Source: an uncultured cyanobacterium (GTDB lineage: Bacteria > Cyanobacteriota > Cyanobacteriia > CAKZMO01). Taken from it: a stretch of DNA of 64,000 nt. The notes beneath the pieces were generated by a model, which made no database searches, was not told where the DNA came from, and saw only the letters and a list, made by a program, of their open reading frames with translations. Below, piece by piece: positions 62,026 through 64,000 of this stretch. The number at the start of each line of letters is the position of its first letter. The stretch's first letter is position 1. The translations under genes were made by a program, and so were the position numbers. Where the stretch lies: positions 480,001 through 544,000 of the forward strand of contig CAVRCJ010000010.1 in the NCBI GenBank assembly GCA_963719515.1. The letters are read 5' to 3'.

Positions 62026-63525
62026 ATGGCGAGAGATCTACGGGGTTTTCTAAAGCAGCTAGAGGAGCGCGATCGCCTGCATCGCATCACAGCACCGGTG
62101 AACCCCGACTTGGAAATGGCCGAAATTGCCAACCGAGTGCTGCAGTCCGGGGGGCCAGCCCTGCTGTTTGAAAACGTGGTGGGTTCCCCCTACAAGGTGG
62201 CCATTAACACCGTGGGCACTGTGGAGCGGGCCTGCTGGGCCATGAACATGGAAGCGCCCGAGGAGCTAGAGACCCTGGGCAAAAAGCTGGGCATGCTGCA
62301 GCAGCCCAAACCGCCAAAGAAGATTGGGCAGGCGGTGGAGTTTGGCAAGCTGCTGTTTGACGTGGTGCGGGCCAAACCGGGGCGCGACCTGCTGCCGCCC
62401 TGTCACCAAGTGGTGGTGAAAGAGGGCCTGGACCTGAACCAAATTCCTATGATTCGCCCCTACTCCGGCGACGCAGGCAAGATCATCACCCTAGGTCTAG
62501 TGATCACCAAGGACTGCGAGACGGGCACTCCCAACGTGGGCGTCTACCGGCTGCAGCTGCAGTCCGACACCACCATGACGGTGCATTGGCTGTCGGTGCG
62601 GGGCGGAGCGCGGCACCTGCGCAAGGCGGCAGAGCGGGGTAAAAAGCTGGAGATCGCGATCGCCCTCGGTGTCGATCCACTAATTATTATGGCGGCAGCC
62701 ACCCCCATTCCGGTGGACCTCTCGGAATGGCTGTTTGCTGGGCTATACGGCGGCAGCGGCGTGAATTTAGCCAAGTGCAAGACCGTGGACCTAGAAGTGC
62801 CCGCCGACTCGGAGTTTGTCCTAGAGGGCACCATCACCCCCGGCGAGGTGCTGCCCGATGGCCCCTTTGGGGACCACATGGGCTACTACGGCGGCGTGGA
62901 GGACTCGCCCTTGGTGCGCTTCCACTGCATGACCCACCGCCGCGACCCCATCTATCTCACCACCTTCAGCGGTCGCCCGCCGAAGGAAGAGGCGATTATG
63001 GCGATCGCCCTGAACCGGATCTACACGCCCATACTGCGGCAGCAGGTCTCGGAGATTGTGGATTTCTTTTTGCCGATGGAGGCGTTGAGCTATAAGGCGG
63101 CGATTATCTCCATCGATAAGGCCTATCCAGGCCAGGCGCGGCGGGCGGCGCTGGCCTTTTGGAGCGCGCTGCCGCAGTTTACCTACACTAAGTTTGTAAT
63201 TGTGGTGGACAAGGATATCAATATCCGCGACCCGCGCCAGGTGGTGTGGGCCATCACTTCTAAGGTGGACCCGGTGCGGGACGTGTTTATTTTGCCGGAG
63301 ACGCCGTTTGATACGCTCGATTTTGCCAGTGAGCGGGTGGGGCTAGGGGGACGCATGGGCATTGATGCGACCACGAAGGTGGCTCCGGAAACGGACCATC
63401 CCTGGGGTAAGCCTTTGGCTTCTGACCCGGAGGTGGCACAGCAGGTAAGCCAGCGGTGGGCGGAGTACGGGTTGGGAGAGCTGAGTGATGTGGTGGACCC
63501 AAATTTGTTTGGGTATGAGGTTTAA
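62026..63525 (+). CDS. ubiD: UbiD-family decarboxylase
   Basis: NVGVYR, DGPFGDHMGYY, PPKE and GIDAT motifs. Confidence 0.93.
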   Translation: MARDLRGFLKQLEERDRLHRITAPVNPDLEMAEIANRVLQSGGPALLFENVVGSPYKVAINTVGTVERACWAMNMEAPEELETLGKKLGMLQQPKPPKKIGQAVEFGKLLFDVVRAKPGRDLLPPCHQVVVKEGLDLNQIPMIRPYSGDAGKIITLGLVITKDCETGTPNVGVYRLQLQSDTTMTVHWLSVRGGARHLRKAAERGKKLEIAIALGVDPLIIMAAATPIPVDLSEWLFAGLYGGSGVNLAKCKTVDLEVPADSEFVLEGTITPGEVLPDGPFGDHMGYYGGVEDSPLVRFHCMTHRRDPIYLTTFSGRPPKEEAIMAIALNRIYTPILRQQVSEIVDFFLPMEALSYKAAIISIDKAYPGQARRAALAFWSALPQFTYTKFVIVVDKDINIRDPRQVVWAITSKVDPVRDVFILPETPFDTLDFASERVGLGGRMGIDATTKVAPETDHPWGKPLASDPEVAQQVSQRWAEYGLGELSDVVDPNLFGYEV

Positions 63526-63780
63526 AGGGGATAAAGGCTACCCTTTGAGCCCCGAGAGAAATCCTGTGGAAACCTGACAAAGCGGCAGGAAGCCGAAAAT
63601 TTAGCCATCCTGTCTCGGCAGCGATCGCTGCCGAGGGGCTTTGGGCAAGCTGCGGTTTGGGGTTACCGCTAGGGATGCTTACGGTAATCCCGCCAGCGAT
63701 CGCTCTTTGGGGTAAGGCTACCATCAGGCTCGCTCTCGTAGAATGAGGGCAATAGACTTTTGGGAGCTACCCGTCGAATT

Positions 63781-64000
63781 ATGGGTCTACGCGATCGCTT
63801 TAACCCGCTCAGCCGCCAGACGCGCTTCGTTGTCTGCCGCATTTTCGTGCATCTTGCCGGCCAAGAGGTCGCCCCGCTGCTGGGGGTGCTCAATCAAGCG
63901 GGACGCAAAGCCGCCGACTCAGACGGCGACCTGCAGGTGCTTGGTGAGCAGCTTGCGCAGGTCTGCGAGCGCTTGCTGGAATATGAGACCTTCTGGCGCT
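63781..64000 (+). CDS. DUF1517-like protein, partial (runs off the window)
   Basis: Open frame MGLRDRFNPLSRQTRFVVCRIFVHLAGQEVAPLLGVLN... continues to the window end. Confidence 0.7.
   Translation, partial: MGLRDRFNPLSRQTRFVVCRIFVHLAGQEVAPLLGVLNQAGRKAADSDGDLQVLGEQLAQVCERLLEYETFWR

Larger units (their letters stand above)
1..64000. repeat. Dispersed HIP1 octamer GCGATCGC
   Basis: Many copies in coding and intergenic DNA (e.g. near 678, 938, 1275); not counted exactly. Confidence 0.95.

Overview
Core-chromosome window of a cyanobacterium, judged from frequent HIP1 octamers (GCGATCGC), raf1 and ado-aar. It carries tRNA-Ala(GGC), housekeeping genes (raf1, pyrB, modBC, NAD kinase, nblR-like regulator, uvrA, pyk, dusB, ubiD) and many signalling proteins (adenylate and diguanylate cyclases, two histidine kinases, a ComFB protein). 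It also carries two convergent GH13 glucosidases and an acyl-CoA dehydrogenase/PIG-L/methyltransferase/GT2 cluster of unknown product. Five IS200/IS605-family elements from three end families are present, and their exact ends can be read using the IS608 guide/cleavage tetranucleotide rule. Highlights: (1) two unrelated intact tnpB elements each carry, where tnpA normally sits, an unannotated divergent 46-aa ribbon-helix-helix-like gene with an 11-bp-spaced direct repeat between the start codons; (2) a 449-bp ORF-less IS605-type element with a promoter-like site and about 300 nt of possible ncRNA precisely splits a membrane-enzyme gene; (3) a mosaic, internally deleted tnpA-tnpB copy shows omegaRNA stem covariation; (4) a RyR-TPR-SLOG-like-cyclase gene is broken by one in-frame TAA; (5) there is a candidate regulated sRNA. 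No CRISPR array or rRNA was seen. Protein family calls come from motif recognition, not database searches.
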